Positions 49,658 to 57,992 of a stretch of 64,000 nucleotides of DNA are shown piece after piece; the stretch's first letter is position 1; each line of letters starts with the position of its first letter. The translations under genes and the position numbers were made by a program. The notes under the pieces are model-generated. The model saw only the letters and a list, made by a program, of their open reading frames with translations, did no database searches and was not told the origin of the DNA. The stretch comes from an uncultured Clostridia bacterium (lineage in GTDB: Bacteria; Bacillota; Clostridia; Christensenellales; CAG-314): assembly GCA_947625725.1 (NCBI GenBank), contig CANQPI010000009.1, positions 194 to 64,193 of the forward strand, given 5' to 3'.

Positions 49658-49830
49658 GAAGTGTGGTGCAAAATGCCCTCACATTTCGGCAGAACTAGGT
49701 TGAGTTTGCAACGTCCATGCGTTTACAACAAAACTTGCTCACCGTAATGGAAAACAGAGTCGGCAACTAGACCGTATATTTTGTTGCTAGTTCAAATTAC
49801 ATTCTTTGCTCGCTCAAATCTCTATTTAAT
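49658..49830 (+). repeat. decayed fragment of the locus A/B repeat family
   Basis: Shares AGGTTGAGTTTGCAAC (49697-49712) exactly with 11513-28 and 41936-51. Also has a degenerate version of ACAACAAAAC..TGCT..TAATGGAAAAC..GTCGGCAAC and the GCTCGCTCAAATCTCTATTT tail. Confidence 0.5.
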
Positions 49831-50153
49831 TGTAATTTTATTTATAAATTGGGTTAATAAATGCAGTATATGCCCTTTCTTTGCGACTCGGTTGGACGCT
49901 CATTTTGTCGCAAAGTAAGTTTGAAACAGCGGTTTTTCCGTTTCATATACCGACGCACGCCGACGTTTATTACAGAACAAATATTTTATATAAAATTTTT
50001 TGGGTATAACCCTGTTTTCGATAGCAATTTACGTGGATATATCGTGAGATTTTAGTTGCGCAAAGCATTGCAAACCGAGCGATTTTTTGATATACTTAAA
50101 AATGTCGTTATGTCACAAAAGAATTTTGCTACCGTATGCAAGGAGGCGTTGAA

Positions 50154-51806
50154 ATGACCGACATTGAGATCGCGCGTAATTACAAAATGAAGAATATCGC
50201 GTATATCGCTCGCAAACTGAATATCCCCGCCAAAGACGTGGAGTTGTACGGCAAATACAAGGCGAAGATCGCCACAAAACCCTCGCCGCGCCCCGACGCC
50301 AAACTGATATTGGTAACGGCTATCAATCCCACTGCGGCAGGCGAGGGCAAAACCACCGTGTCGATAGGGCTTGCCGACGCAATGAACCTGCTCGACGTAA
50401 AAACCTGTCTTGCTCTCCGCGAACCGTCGTTGGGACCCGTTTTCGGCATAAAGGGCGGGGCGACGGGCGGCGGCTACTCGCAAATCGTGCCTATGGAGGA
50501 CATCAACCTGCATTTTACGGGCGATTTCCACGCGATAACCGCGGCAAACAATTTGTTGTGCGCGTTGATAGACAACAGCGTGTTTCAGGGCAATCCCTTG
50601 GATATAGACCCCGACCGCATTGTTTTCAATCGCACTCTGGACGTAAACGACCGCGCGTTGCGGGGCGTTGTCGTCAACCGCGGCGTAAAGGACGCCACGG
50701 AACACCGCGAAAAGTTCAACATCACCGCCGCGTGCGAAGTTATGGCGATTTTGTCCCTTGCCGAAGGGCTTGCCGATCTCAAACGGCGTTTGGGCAACAT
50801 TCTGGTGGCTTACACGCGCCAGGGCAGTCCCGTTTACGCGCGCGATTTGCACGCCGAGGACGCAATGACGGTACTGTTGAAAGACGCCATCAAACCCAAC
50901 CTGGTGCAAACTTTGGGCAAAACGCCCGCGTTTGTTCACTGCGGACCTTTTGCAAATATCGCGCACGGGTGCAACAGCGTTACGGCAACGAAACTTGCCA
51001 TGACGTATGCTCCCTACACTGTGACGGAAGCGGGATTCGGCGCAGACCTCGGCGCGGAAAAATTTCTTGACGTCAAGTGCCGCGTTGCGGGGCTAAGACC
51101 CAACGCCGTGGTGGTGGTTGCCACTCTCCGCGCTCTCAAAATGCACGGCGGAGCGACAAACGTGGACGTCGCCGATTTTTGCGCGCTACGCAGAGGTTTG
51201 AGCAATCTTGTGAGGCACGTTGACAACATCAAAAACGTTTACCGCTTGCCCGTCGTCGTTGCGCTCAACCGCTTTACCAACGACATCGAAAGGGAACTCA
51301 ACTACGTCCGCCGCGCGGTCGATAAGCGTTTGGGCGTAGAAACCGTCGTGTGCGACGTTTGGGCAAAGGGCGGCAAAGGCGCAAAAAAACTTGCGCGCAA
51401 GGTGATAGAACTTTGCCAAGAGGACAACAGTCAATTTTCCTTTGCCTACTCCGACGGAAAGGTGGAGGACAAGATACGCGCCGTCGCCACAAAAATTTAC
51501 GGTGCGGGCGACGTGGCGTTTTCCGACAAGGCAAAGCAAAGTATCGAAGCGTTGCGCGGCGTGTGCGACATAGATTCTTTGCCCGTGGTGATAGCCAAAA
51601 CGCAATACAGTTTCAGCGACGATCCCAAGGTGACGGGCGCGCCGAGCGGCTTTACGCTGAACGTGCGCGACGTTGAGTATCGCGGCGGGGCGGGCTTTGT
51701 CGTCGCCGTTGCGGGCAACATGCTGTTAATGCCCGGGCTGTCCAAAAATCCCAACGCCGTCAACATAACGATACTCGACGACGGCAAGATAATCGGTTTG
51801 TACTGA
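50154..51806 (+). CDS. fhs: formate--tetrahydrofolate ligase
   Basis: MTDIEIA....K.I..IA..L.I......LYGKYKAKI, TPAGEGKTT, 550 aa. RBS AAGGAGG before the ATG at 50154. Confidence 0.95.
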   Translation: MTDIEIARNYKMKNIAYIARKLNIPAKDVELYGKYKAKIATKPSPRPDAKLILVTAINPTAAGEGKTTVSIGLADAMNLLDVKTCLALREPSLGPVFGIKGGATGGGYSQIVPMEDINLHFTGDFHAITAANNLLCALIDNSVFQGNPLDIDPDRIVFNRTLDVNDRALRGVVVNRGVKDATEHREKFNITAACEVMAILSLAEGLADLKRRLGNILVAYTRQGSPVYARDLHAEDAMTVLLKDAIKPNLVQTLGKTPAFVHCGPFANIAHGCNSVTATKLAMTYAPYTVTEAGFGADLGAEKFLDVKCRVAGLRPNAVVVVATLRALKMHGGATNVDVADFCALRRGLSNLVRHVDNIKNVYRLPVVVALNRFTNDIERELNYVRRAVDKRLGVETVVCDVWAKGGKGAKKLARKVIELCQEDNSQFSFAYSDGKVEDKIRAVATKIYGAGDVAFSDKAKQSIEALRGVCDIDSLPVVIAKTQYSFSDDPKVTGAPSGFTLNVRDVEYRGGAGFVVAVAGNMLLMPGLSKNPNAVNITILDDGKIIGLY

Positions 51807-51869
51807 GTCGCAAAACCGTTTTTTGCACAAAATTTACGTAATGAGGACAAGATCATGAGGGAAACGCTT

Positions 51870-52451
51870 ATGCCCAAACTATATTTCAAGTACGGTACAA
51901 TGAATAGCAGCAAATCCGCGCAGGCGTTGATGTGTCAGTTCAACTACGAGCAAAAGGGCATGAAAGTTTTGCTTGTCAAGCCCGCAATCGACACGCGCGA
52001 CGACAGCGAGGAGCGAATGGTGCGCTCGCGCATAGGGCTCAAATCCAACTGCTACACGATAGCCCCCGACGAAAGTTTCGAGGAGTTGTTCGATCGGGTC
52101 AGCGCGCAAACGCCCGTAGATATAGTGATAGTGGACGAGGCGCAGTTTTGCACGTCGGAGCAAGTGGATCAACTCAAAGCGTTGACGCAACGCGCAACCG
52201 TGCTGTGCTACGGTTTGTTGTTGGACTTTACCTGTCACCTGTTTGAGGGGAGCAAACGTTTGGTCGAACTTGCCGACAGTTTGCAGGAAATCAAATCGGT
52301 GTGCCGTTGCGGTCGCAAGTCCAGCGTAAACGCGCGGTTTGTCAACGGCAAATGCGTGGATAGCGGTCCGACTATATTGATAGGCGGCGACGAGTCTTAC
52401 GAAAGCATGTGCTATTGGTGCTGGCAGGAAGAACTTCATAAAAACAAATAA
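51870..52451 (+). CDS. tdk: thymidine kinase
   Basis: MPKLYFKYGTMNSSKS (P-loop variant), VDEAQF, C-terminal Zn motif C.CG.....R......C..C. Confidence 0.93.
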   Translation: MPKLYFKYGTMNSSKSAQALMCQFNYEQKGMKVLLVKPAIDTRDDSEERMVRSRIGLKSNCYTIAPDESFEELFDRVSAQTPVDIVIVDEAQFCTSEQVDQLKALTQRATVLCYGLLLDFTCHLFEGSKRLVELADSLQEIKSVCRCGRKSSVNARFVNGKCVDSGPTILIGGDESYESMCYWCWQEELHKNK

Positions 52452-52458
52452 TTCCCCC

Positions 52459-52496
52459 AAAAAAAAAGAATTTGCGTTGTTGCAAATTCTTTTTTC
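52459..52496. terminator. bidirectional intrinsic terminator between tdk and the ilvD-like gene
   Basis: A-run, AGAATTTGC-GTTGTT-GCAAATTCT, then T-run. Confidence 0.7.
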
Positions 52497-52516
52497 TTCG
52501 ACTTTTTGTCCGCAAG

Positions 52517-54160
52517 TTATTTGGCGGGTTTTTGCACGCAGCCCTCAACGGCGGTGGAACAATTTTTCGCCCAATTTTTGAGGAACACATTGCCGTAATT
52601 GCCCGTTTCCGTTTCGTGACGGCGGTAGCGCATTGCAAGATCCTTGGATTTTATGTCAAAGGACACTTTGCCTTTGGCAAGGGATATTTCTATTTCGTCG
52701 CCGTCCTGCAACACGCTGAAAATGTTTTGTTCGCCCGTTTCGGGGGTGATGTGTCCGACGACAAACCCCTTGTAAAAATCCGCGATACGTCCGTCTGTTA
52801 TGACAGCGACTTTTTCGCCGAGGTCGTAACCCTGCAACAGCGCCAACGACATAAAAATTTCTCTCATGCCCGGTCCGCTCTTTGGACCTTCGCCCCTTAT
52901 GACCACAACGTCGCCCGCTTTGATCTCCCTGTGGAGCAGAGCGTCGATAGCCGTTTCTTCGTTTTGGTACACTTTGGCTTTGCCCACGAAAGCGGTCTGC
53001 TTGCAACCGCATTGCACAAACGCGCCGCCCTCGGCAACGTTGCCGTAAATTACGCGCAATTTGGAGCCTGTTTTCTGTTTGCCGTCTACGCAACGTATCG
53101 TTTGGTCGTTTTCGGGCGTGACGTCGGCAAGCAGTTCCGCCAGCGTTACCCCGTCGTAAACGTAATTGTCCGCTTGTATCAAACCCGCTTGGAGCAAACG
53201 TTTGAGCATTGCGTACACGCCGCCCGCCTTGTGGAATTGCGGCATTATGCAACGCGCCTCCTGCGAGGCAAGCAGAGTGGGCGTTGATTTGGCTGCCTCG
53301 CCGATGGTTTTGAAGTTGGTGTTGCGCACGCCCACTTCGCGGCAGATGGCAATGAGATTGAGCATTGTGGTGGAACTTCCTCCGCAAGCAAGATCCAGCG
53401 CGACGGCGTTGTTTGCCGAAATTTGATTGATCGCGCGGCGCGGCGTCCACCTGTCGTTGGCGAGTTTTACCGCCAATTTGCCCGTTTGAAACGCTATGTT
53501 TTTGCGCTCGACAGAGGCGGCGGGCGCAGTTCCGTTGCCGCGCACCGCAAGCCCGAAGGACTCCAAAACGCAGTTGAAACTGTTGGGACCGTAGCGGTCG
53601 CAGTCCGTCCCCAACGTCAGGGGCAGGTCGCGTTCTATTTGTTCTATTTGTTCGAACGAAGCGCGCCCCGTTTTGATACGGGAAATTTGTTCGCACAGGT
53701 ACACAAAGCCGTGTTCGCCCGCGTTATCCGCAAACGGAGCCATAGTGCCTTGACACACAAAGGCGCAGGGCATATTCATGCGGATCGCGCCCAGGAGCAT
53801 TCCGCTCACGATATTCGGCTCGCTTGCCGCAAATACCAACCCGTCGTAAAACCCGTTGGAGCATATCAACTCCACGGCGTTTGCCGCAAGGTCGCGCGAG
53901 GGCAGATCGTACTTGGCGGATTGCCCCGTGATAGCCGTTGTTTCCACCGACGGAACGTAGGCGATTGCGGCGTTGCCGCCCGCGGCGACAATTCCTTCGC
54001 GCACTTTTTTGCACAGTTCGTCCAACCCGCCCTGCGCCGAAGAAAGTTCGTTTTGCGCGGAAATTATCCCGATAAGGGGCAAATTTTTGTCAATCTGCAC
54101 GTAGTTGGCAAGGGTCTTTTGGGGAAGTTTGTCCATTTGATCGATAAATTCGCGTATCAT
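52517..54160 (-). CDS. IlvD/Edd-family dehydratase homolog with substituted cofactor motifs
   Basis: 547 aa, with family-like blocks (YDLPSRDL, ALDLACGGSSTT, GDVVVIRGEGPKSGPGM, VAVITDGR, GHITPE). The expected CDK, CxGxC, DDG and GRFSG motifs read SEP, absent, ETT and GRIADF. RBS AAGAGG. Confidence 0.75.
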   Translation of the reverse strand: MIREFIDQMDKLPQKTLANYVQIDKNLPLIGIISAQNELSSAQGGLDELCKKVREGIVAAGGNAAIAYVPSVETTAITGQSAKYDLPSRDLAANAVELICSNGFYDGLVFAASEPNIVSGMLLGAIRMNMPCAFVCQGTMAPFADNAGEHGFVYLCEQISRIKTGRASFEQIEQIERDLPLTLGTDCDRYGPNSFNCVLESFGLAVRGNGTAPAASVERKNIAFQTGKLAVKLANDRWTPRRAINQISANNAVALDLACGGSSTTMLNLIAICREVGVRNTNFKTIGEAAKSTPTLLASQEARCIMPQFHKAGGVYAMLKRLLQAGLIQADNYVYDGVTLAELLADVTPENDQTIRCVDGKQKTGSKLRVIYGNVAEGGAFVQCGCKQTAFVGKAKVYQNEETAIDALLHREIKAGDVVVIRGEGPKSGPGMREIFMSLALLQGYDLGEKVAVITDGRIADFYKGFVVGHITPETGEQNIFSVLQDGDEIEISLAKGKVSFDIKSKDLAMRYRRHETETGNYGNVFLKNWAKNCSTAVEGCVQKPAK

Positions 54161-54310
54161 ACAAAAACCTCTTTATATCTTATTTTACCGCGTAACAACT
54201 TTGTTGTCAACACGCTAAATCGGCTAAAATGGCGCAATTTTGCCTGTTTGTCGCGGGCGAAAACTCCCTTTGCGACGGCGCGAAACAAGCGTTGCGGCAA
54301 AGCGCGCTTT

Positions 54311-54340
54311 GTATAATATTTCCCGTCAAGGCTCAAAATA
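54311..54340 (+). promoter_or_regulatory. forespore-type (sigma-F/G-like) promoter candidate GTATA-18-CAAAATA upstream of sigG
   Basis: Motifs read directly and compared with recalled consensus (GHATR ... CATnnTA). The same bases also contain TATAAT, so a sigma-A reading is possible. Confidence 0.3.
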
Positions 54341-54366
54341 ACAAAAAAGCGGTCGGGGGTAAAATT

Positions 54367-55137
54367 ATGAACAGAAAAGTTGTGATCTGCGGCGTAGATA
54401 CGTCCTCGTTGCCCAAACTTTCGCAAAAGGAATCCAACGAATTGCTGCTTGCCATTGCCAATGGCGACGGCGAGGCGCGAAATTATTTTATCAATTGCAA
54501 TTTGAGGCTGGTGCTGTCCATAGTGCAACGGTACAGTTACCGCACGTCCAATCCCGACGACCTGTTTCAGATCGGGTGCGTCGGCTTGATCAAAGCGGTG
54601 GACAACTTCAAAGTGGACGTGGGCGTGTGTTTTTCCACCTACGCCGTGCCTATGATAGTGGGGGAAATACGTCGCTTTTTGCGAGAGGGTTCGATGCGCG
54701 TCAGCCGCGGTATCCGCGACGTTGCCTACCAAGCGTTGCAAACTCGCGAGCGGTTGGAGAGCGAAAGCGTTGACGAAGCCTCGATACAACAAATCGCCGA
54801 CGAAATGAAACTGCCCGTTTACAAAGTGTTGTACTGTCTGGACGCCATTTCCGAGCCGATTTCGTTGACGGAGGCGGTGTACTCCGACGAGGAGGACAGT
54901 TTGACGTTGATGGACCACATTTCGGACGGCAAATGTTCCGAAAATATCTGGGCGGAAAACGTCACCCTTTTCGACGCATTGAACACATTGGACGACAAGG
55001 AACGCAACATTTTGCTCAAACGGTACTTCGAGGGCAAAACGCAGATGGAAGTTTCCAAGGAAGTGGGGCTCAGTCAGGCGCAGGTTTCCCGATTGGAAAA
55101 AAACGCAATGTGCCATCTTCGCACGGAAATGGCGTGA
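54367..55137 (+). CDS. sigG: RNA polymerase sporulation sigma factor SigG
   Basis: MNRKVVICGVDTSSLPKL...NLRLVLSIVQRY...DDLFQIGCVGLIKAVDNF......FSTYAVPMIVGEIRRFLRE....RVSR closely parallels B. subtilis SigG as recalled. Confidence 0.85.
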   Translation: MNRKVVICGVDTSSLPKLSQKESNELLLAIANGDGEARNYFINCNLRLVLSIVQRYSYRTSNPDDLFQIGCVGLIKAVDNFKVDVGVCFSTYAVPMIVGEIRRFLREGSMRVSRGIRDVAYQALQTRERLESESVDEASIQQIADEMKLPVYKVLYCLDAISEPISLTEAVYSDEEDSLTLMDHISDGKCSENIWAENVTLFDALNTLDDKERNILLKRYFEGKTQMEVSKEVGLSQAQVSRLEKNAMCHLRTEMA

Positions 55138-55207
55138 GGCTTGTACCTATTTTGCCCGCGGGGTAATTTTGCGCCGAATCGCCGCTATACTAATAGCGGA
55201 GCAACGT

Positions 55208-55513
55208 ATGGAAATAGGTTACAGCGAATTGCGCACCAAAGAGGTAGTAAATCTCAAAAACGGCGCGCGCATGGGCAAAATCATAGATATGATAATCGAC
55301 AGTAGCGGCAAATGCGTTCTCGGCGTGGTCGTGCCGGGCGTGCGCAAACTGTTCAAGTCCGCCGAAGATATTTTTATCCCGTGGGGAAACATCTCCAAGA
55401 TCGGCGACGACGTGATACTCGTTCAGATAGACGCAAATTCCTTGACGAACGTCGCCCGTTCTCCCGAAATGAATTTGGAAGGTATCCCTCGCGAAACGGA
55501 CGACTACCTGTAA
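55208..55513 (+). CDS. ylmC: YlmC/YmxH family sporulation protein (PRC-barrel)
   Basis: YSELRTKEVVNLKNGARMGKIIDMIIDS.GK....VVPG........EDIFIPW..I.KIGDDVILV. Confidence 0.8.
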   Translation: MEIGYSELRTKEVVNLKNGARMGKIIDMIIDSSGKCVLGVVVPGVRKLFKSAEDIFIPWGNISKIGDDVILVQIDANSLTNVARSPEMNLEGIPRETDDYL

Positions 55514-55664
55514 AAAACGCATTTTCCGAGTTCGATTATGTCGATTTTCGGACTTTTGGAGAATAATATTACAGACATAGTATCAAATTTTGTTATAAAA
55601 CAATCACATTTAGCGGGCAAATAAAACATTTGTCCCTTTTTTATTGTGTTTTCGCCGATCGCTT

Positions 55665-56069
55665 GTGTAGTGCAAAATTTCGCTTTGAAAACTCCGTTAA
55701 AATATGCTTTTCCCCGTTGCTGTGTAGTGCAAAATAGCAAAAATTTCGCCCCGAAAAAGGAATTTCGAGCAATAAAAGCGTTTATGCGGTTTATGTCACA
55801 GTGCGTAGGGATTTAGCGGGATCGCAAGCAAAATGACTTTCGGTATGCCAGAATACGGCTGTCGTGTTTGTCGAAACAACTTGGAACTAACTAAAAACTC
55901 ATTAAATTTTCTTTTCTTTCGGTTCGCCAACTAAAAACCTCAACTAAAAAATCTTGTTGGCGAATTTGCAAGCGTTACCCCAAAAACTCTACTAAAATAT
56001 TTTTTTCCGTGTAGTTCAAAATAGCAAAAATTTTGCTCCGAAAATTTTGTTAAAATACTCCTTTTACCG
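55665..56069 (+). repeat. three dispersed copies of a ~50-60-nt direct repeat in a 0.7-kb ORF-free gap
   Basis: GTGTAGTKCAAAAT(AGCAAAAAT)TTYGC...GAAAA...GTTAAAATA starts at 55665, 55722 and 56009. Four AACTAAAAA-type short repeats lie at 55887-56000. Confidence 0.55.
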
Positions 56070-56190
56070 TCGCAGGGCGGTGCAACGCGCGTTGTCGCCT
56101 GCCGTCCTTTTGCCAAACGTTACGGTTTCGGCGGCGATTTGTCATCAAGACGTTTCGTATCAAGAATATTTTTCATTTTATATCAAATAT

Positions 56191-56219
56191 TTGCTTTTTT
56201 TCTATATATTTGGTATAAT
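56191..56219 (+). promoter_or_regulatory. sigma-A-type promoter TTGCTT-17-(TGg)TATAAT ending 6 nt before the ATG
   Basis: Extended -10 element with no SD before the ATG at 56226, which implies a leaderless mRNA. Confidence 0.55.
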
Positions 56220-56225
56220 CAGTTT

Positions 56226-57074
56226 ATGCTCCAAGAAATAATTGTAAAAAACAAGCAGTTGCTTTCCGATTTAATTGGCGAAAATACCGATTTGGGATAC
56301 TACCGCATACAAAAAATAATCAAATCGCGGCACGTCAAGATCAACGGTATGCGCGTCGGCGCGGACATGAACGTCAGCGCGGGCGACGTCGTTTACGTCT
56401 ATCTCGCCGACAGAGAAAAGGACGGTATCGAGGAAGTGTACCGCGACGAAAACATCTTGGTCGTCAACAAGCCCGCCGGTATCGAAGTGGAGGGCGAAGG
56501 CTCGTTGACCGAGCGTATCAACAACATTTTGACGGACGCCGTTGCCGTTCCCGTTCACCGTTTGGATCGCAACACAATGGGATTGGTGGTGTTTGCGCTC
56601 AACAAAACCGCCGAAGCGGAGTTGCTCGCCTCTTTCAAGGAGCGCGATATTGACAAAACTTACAATTGCATTGTCGTCGGCATGCCGCAAAAACCTAGCG
56701 GCAAACTGAAAGCGTTTTTGTTCAAGGACGCAAAAAAGAGCCTTGTCTATATCTCCGAAGAACCCAAAAAAGGCTATCTCCCGATAGAAACTCACTACAA
56801 CGTTCTCAAAAAGTACGGCGAGTTGTCCCTGTTGGAAGTAAAGCCGATCACGGGGCGCACGCACCAGATAAGGGCGCACTTGGCGTACATACACTGTCCC
56901 GTTTTGGGCGACGGCAAGTACGGTATCAACAAAATCAACCGTCGTTACCGCGTAAAAACGCAACTGTTGTGTTGCACCAAGATCACGTTCCACTTCAAGC
57001 AAGGCACGCTCAGATATCTGGACGGCAAGAGCGTCCTGCTCAACATAGACTTAACACAGTACTACAAGAAATAG
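56226..57074 (+). CDS. RluA-family pseudouridine synthase with N-terminal S4-like domain
   Basis: MLQEIIVKNK...; VVNKPAGIEV, HRLDRNT.GLVVFA, Y..IV.G. I chose the start at 56226 rather than the track start at 56139. Confidence 0.88.
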   Translation: MLQEIIVKNKQLLSDLIGENTDLGYYRIQKIIKSRHVKINGMRVGADMNVSAGDVVYVYLADREKDGIEEVYRDENILVVNKPAGIEVEGEGSLTERINNILTDAVAVPVHRLDRNTMGLVVFALNKTAEAELLASFKERDIDKTYNCIVVGMPQKPSGKLKAFLFKDAKKSLVYISEEPKKGYLPIETHYNVLKKYGELSLLEVKPITGRTHQIRAHLAYIHCPVLGDGKYGINKINRRYRVKTQLLCCTKITFHFKQGTLRYLDGKSVLLNIDLTQYYKK

Positions 57075-57086
57075 TCAGAGGTAATT

Positions 57087-57950
57087 ATGAAAAAGTTTTT
57101 AAGTATTTTTGCGGTTTTGTTGATCGCGGCTACGTCATTGACGCTTTGCGCTTGCAACTTTGTTCCGTCAACGCGCTTTTTGTCCAAGTATCAGGTAAAC
57201 AAACTCGCCAAGGAATTTGACAAACCGCAAGCGGAAATGACTCTCAACTACACAACCAACGGCAAGGAGGTCGAAGTAAAAATCACCTACGACCTGTTGT
57301 TGACTCAAACGCCGCTTGCCACGATACGTTTCATTCAACTTGTAAACGAAGGTTTCTACAACGAAACGGTTATCGATACCTACAACAAAACGGACAAATA
57401 CATGGTGTTGGGCAGATATTTGTACAAGGACAGCAAAGTGCAAAAGGAAGGCACCAAGGTGTACATTCAAAACGTTTCCGACAAAACTTTCAAGGGCGAA
57501 TTTGAAAGCAACGGCTATCGCGAGCCGAAAGACGGTTACGCGCAGTTCAAAATCTTCTCGTTGGGAATGTATCACGACGCCTACACCGAGGAAAACAACA
57601 ATTTCGACTCGGCTAACGGCTATTTGATTTTTGCCATGGCAAATCAAACGCTCAACCCCGCCAACTACGCCGTATTTGCGCAAATGGCTTCCGTATCGTT
57701 CAAGCGTAATGCGGAGGCGGAAGCAACGGTGTACACCAAAGTTCCGAGCGATCTGCTCGACCAATTGACGTCCTTTACGGGTACAAACACGCCCAGCAAG
57801 ACAAGCAGCAGTTACAACGGCATTTATACGGACGATTCCGAAACGAACACCGTCAGCCCCGCGCCGTCGGTAATGAGTACCGTCGTTACCGTGCATATAC
57901 GCATGTTGGGCGATTACGATTGGTCAAAGTTGCCCACGGTCGGCAGATGA
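57087..57950 (+). CDS. lipoprotein with a divergent cyclophilin-like (PPIase-like) domain
   Basis: Signal peptide plus lipobox LTLCAC. TPLATIRFIQLVNEGFYNETVID and GYLIFAMAN resemble cyclophilin blocks only loosely. Confidence 0.45.
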   Translation: MKKFLSIFAVLLIAATSLTLCACNFVPSTRFLSKYQVNKLAKEFDKPQAEMTLNYTTNGKEVEVKITYDLLLTQTPLATIRFIQLVNEGFYNETVIDTYNKTDKYMVLGRYLYKDSKVQKEGTKVYIQNVSDKTFKGEFESNGYREPKDGYAQFKIFSLGMYHDAYTEENNNFDSANGYLIFAMANQTLNPANYAVFAQMASVSFKRNAEAEATVYTKVPSDLLDQLTSFTGTNTPSKTSSSYNGIYTDDSETNTVSPAPSVMSTVVTVHIRMLGDYDWSKLPTVGR

Positions 57951-57960
57951 TTTTTCCTGC

Positions 57961-57986
57961 AAGGCAACCGTTCGGGTTGCCTTTTT
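57961..57986 (+). terminator. intrinsic terminator abutting the DUF512 start codon
   Basis: AAGGCAACC-GTTCG-GGTTGCCTT followed by TTTTGTTGGT and then the ATG at 57993. Confidence 0.65.
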
Positions 57987-57992
57987 GTTGGT

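Noticed and set aside
49850-50153. ZTP (pfl) or THF riboswitch upstream of fhs
   Set aside because: A 9-bp stem is present (CTTTGCGAC/GTCGCAAAG). The conserved ZTP elements I recall (ACTGGC, ACCGGGGA, CCGCCTGGGC) and a THF-like core are not.
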